A DNA stretch of 64,000 bases from Batkoa obscura (Eukaryota), in contig JASVEC010000022.1 of assembly GCA_030770535.1 (NCBI GenBank), forward strand, positions 310,001 to 374,000, written 5' to 3'. This document shows, one piece after another, positions 61,812 through 64,000 of the stretch (position 1 is the stretch's first letter; the number at the start of each line of letters is the position of its first letter). The notes under the pieces were generated by a model. That model worked only from the letters and a program-made list of their open reading frames with translations, had not been told where the DNA came from and ran no database searches. Both the position numbers and the translations under genes were made by a program.

Positions 61812-63069
61812 ATGGTACGTATTCAATTAAGTAACGGAATCAAAAATGGGATGAGATATTTATTCAATGTCACTTTGGGAACCAAGATATTAGCCTCAAT
61901 TATTTTGGTTTTAACTTTGATTCAATGGGCTCTAAATAATACGAATTTCAACCTGGCCTTATCTGCTAAAAAGTATCTCTTGTATGTTATGCGTATGCTG
62001 TAAATGTTAACTTTTAAATTAGTTTTTTGTTCCAGCCTTGGACTATTATAACCTTTTTTTTAATTGAAAAAAATTTATTTTCTGTAAGGGATAATATTAA
62101 TAATATAAAAACAAAGGCTAATATTTTTTTAGTTGATTGTTAATGTTGTTGCTCTTGTAGGGTTTGGAAATTTATTAGAAAATCTTTGGGGAACAATGGA
62201 GTTTATGAAGTTTGTATTTGTATCCAATTTTTTATCTTCTATTTCCTATTGCTTATTCTTACTTACTATCTTTGCTTTTACTGCTAATCAAAATATATTG
62301 TAAGTTTATTTATTTTAATTTGCTCCATTATTAATTTGTATAGGGAAATTAAAACAATGGGTTTAACTTGCTTGATAGCTTCTTTTACTGTTGCATTAAA
62401 ACAGAGTTACCCTGAGTATAAAGTAAAACTATTTAAAACATTTGGTTTCAAACTTAAAGTAAGTGACAATTTTTAATGACAGATCTAAATCTAACATTTT
62501 TTTAGCAATTACCAAGTATTTTCTTATCAATAATCACTATTTTATCTGTAATTTTGACCTCCTTTTTACCCAATATGATTTTGAGTTGGAACGGTGTATT
62601 TATTTCTTGGATTTATTTACGCTTCTTTAAAATTACTGATGGTATTTGTGGAGATCGTAGTGAAACATTTTCTTTTGTTTCTTTTTTCCCAACTTTATTT
62701 AGGTAATTTTTAAGATAGTATAATCAAGTCATGTCAATGCTAATGATGATTTTACATTTAAATATAGACCTCCATTGAAGATAGTATCCAACTTTTGTTT
62801 TAATATATTAGTTCAATTAAGGATATGTCGCCCAATTCATACAATATCTAGCTATGATTTAGAATCAGGAACTGCTACTGCCTCAGTCAGAAGTAATCCA
62901 ACACCAGTTCATTTATCATTAGATTCTGAGCGTAGAAAGTAATTTGATCAATCTTATTCAAGTAATTTATACTAATTTAATTAGGGCATTAGCATTAAAA
63001 GCTTTAGATGAAAGATTAAGGCTTTCAAATCCTACTAACTCAATGTCAAGTAAATCTAACGATGTTTAA
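61812..63069 (+). CDS. TMEM115/DUF1751 rhomboid-like Golgi membrane protein, multi-exon
   Basis: LENLWGTMEFMKF, SWIYLRFF, GDRSETFSFVSFFP, SERRRALALKALDERL. Confidence 0.85.
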
Positions 63070-63189
63070 TTCTTTAATAATATAACTTTATACAATGGAG
63101 GCTATTAAGTATTATTTAATATGCTTAAAATTTGCAATAAAAAAAATCATAAAAAACACAGAATTAATTAATCCAACTAATTTTATTTA

Positions 63190-64000
63190 CTAATCAGATT
63201 TATTTGTTAGAAAAATGTGATATTTGTTGATGTAGTTTATACGTTCACTATTCTTTAATTTTAATAGATTAATTAAATTTTCTGGTTGATTATTTAATTT
63301 ATAATTGATTTTAATCAATATTTTTAATAAATCATTATTGAACTCTTCAAGATGTTGAGTACTCTTTAAAAAAAATTCAATTCCTTTATCTAAATCTAGA
63401 TTATCTAAACAGTTTATCAAAATGGTATGAAAGATTCCAAAGCTAAGTTTTAATTTTGATACTAAAAACAACTTCAGTAAGTCATCATATTTTTCTTTCA
63501 ACTTCAATAAATTATATAACTTTAACAAATGATGAAAAGGCTGGGAAATTAAATGAAGGTCTGGACGTTCCATATACTTGATTAACACTTTTTCGGCACT
63601 TTGATGGTCAAATTGTGCGCAATAACCTTGTACTAAATAGGTAAATGTAATTGAATTGCTTTTTACTGAATATTCCTTTTCAAAAAGTTGAACCACTTTC
63701 TCAGCAAGTTCCATATCGCCTTGTTCTATCATTCCTTCAAGCATCAAATTTAAGGAAACATAGTTTGGTATCAAATAATGCTTATTAACCTCAGATTGAA
63801 AATATTCCAAAACTTTATTACTTAGCTCACCTTGTTTGTATTTGAATTGAATGTAAATATTCAATGACTGTATCGAGGGTTGAATTCTATTATAAACTAT
63901 GTCTATTTCTTTAAACAAATTCCTATTTAAATAACACAACATTAACTTATTAAAAAATCGCACGTTAGTTTGAGTGAACTTTACATGTTGAACCAGCTGG
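63190..64000 (-). CDS. Pentatricopeptide-repeat protein, 5' end outside window
   Basis: ~35-aa helical repeats PNYVSLNLMLEG, SNSITFTYLVQGY. Confidence 0.75.
   Translation of the reverse strand, partial: QLVQHVKFTQTNVRFFNKLMLCYLNRNLFKEIDIVYNRIQPSIQSLNIYIQFKYKQGELSNKVLEYFQSEVNKHYLIPNYVSLNLMLEGMIEQGDMELAEKVVQLFEKEYSVKSNSITFTYLVQGYCAQFDHQSAEKVLIKYMERPDLHLISQPFHHLLKLYNLLKLKEKYDDLLKLFLVSKLKLSFGIFHTILINCLDNLDLDKGIEFFLKSTQHLEEFNNDLLKILIKINYKLNNQPENLINLLKLKNSERINYINKYHIFLTNKSD

Noticed and set aside
61973..62022. GTATCTCT intron start in TMEM115 as a second U12 intron
   Set aside because: Does not match RTATCCTT; compatible with an ordinary GT-AG intron

Overview
Very AT-rich eukaryotic DNA with short spliceosomal introns. 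Gene content (class-A-like 7TM receptors, a U12 intron, dysbindin- and PDRG1-like genes) suggests an early-diverging fungus, possibly Conidiobolus/Entomophthorales-like; this is inference. A compact housekeeping block at ~23-47 kb is flanked by two repeat-rich accessory regions, ~8.6-22.6 kb and ~47.2-56.3 kb, that are related by inverted duplication. The main unusual system is a five-copy cassette of two divergently transcribed small secreted proteins: a 97-108 aa 'long' and a 55-59 aa 'short' protein, the latter missed by the ORF track. Both are built from the same Cys-bounded Thr/Val-rich module and end in P-Y-Y. The pairs share a conserved ~600-bp bidirectional promoter and were co-duplicated with tRNA-Lys(CTT), 7TM receptor paralogs and an APS kinase gene/pseudogene. 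Other highlights are an AT-AC (U12-type) intron in the syntaxin-6/Tlg1 gene, 15 copies of a ~100-bp MITE, several fold-back elements, a solo LTR and several pseudogenes. All calls were made by eye without database searches.
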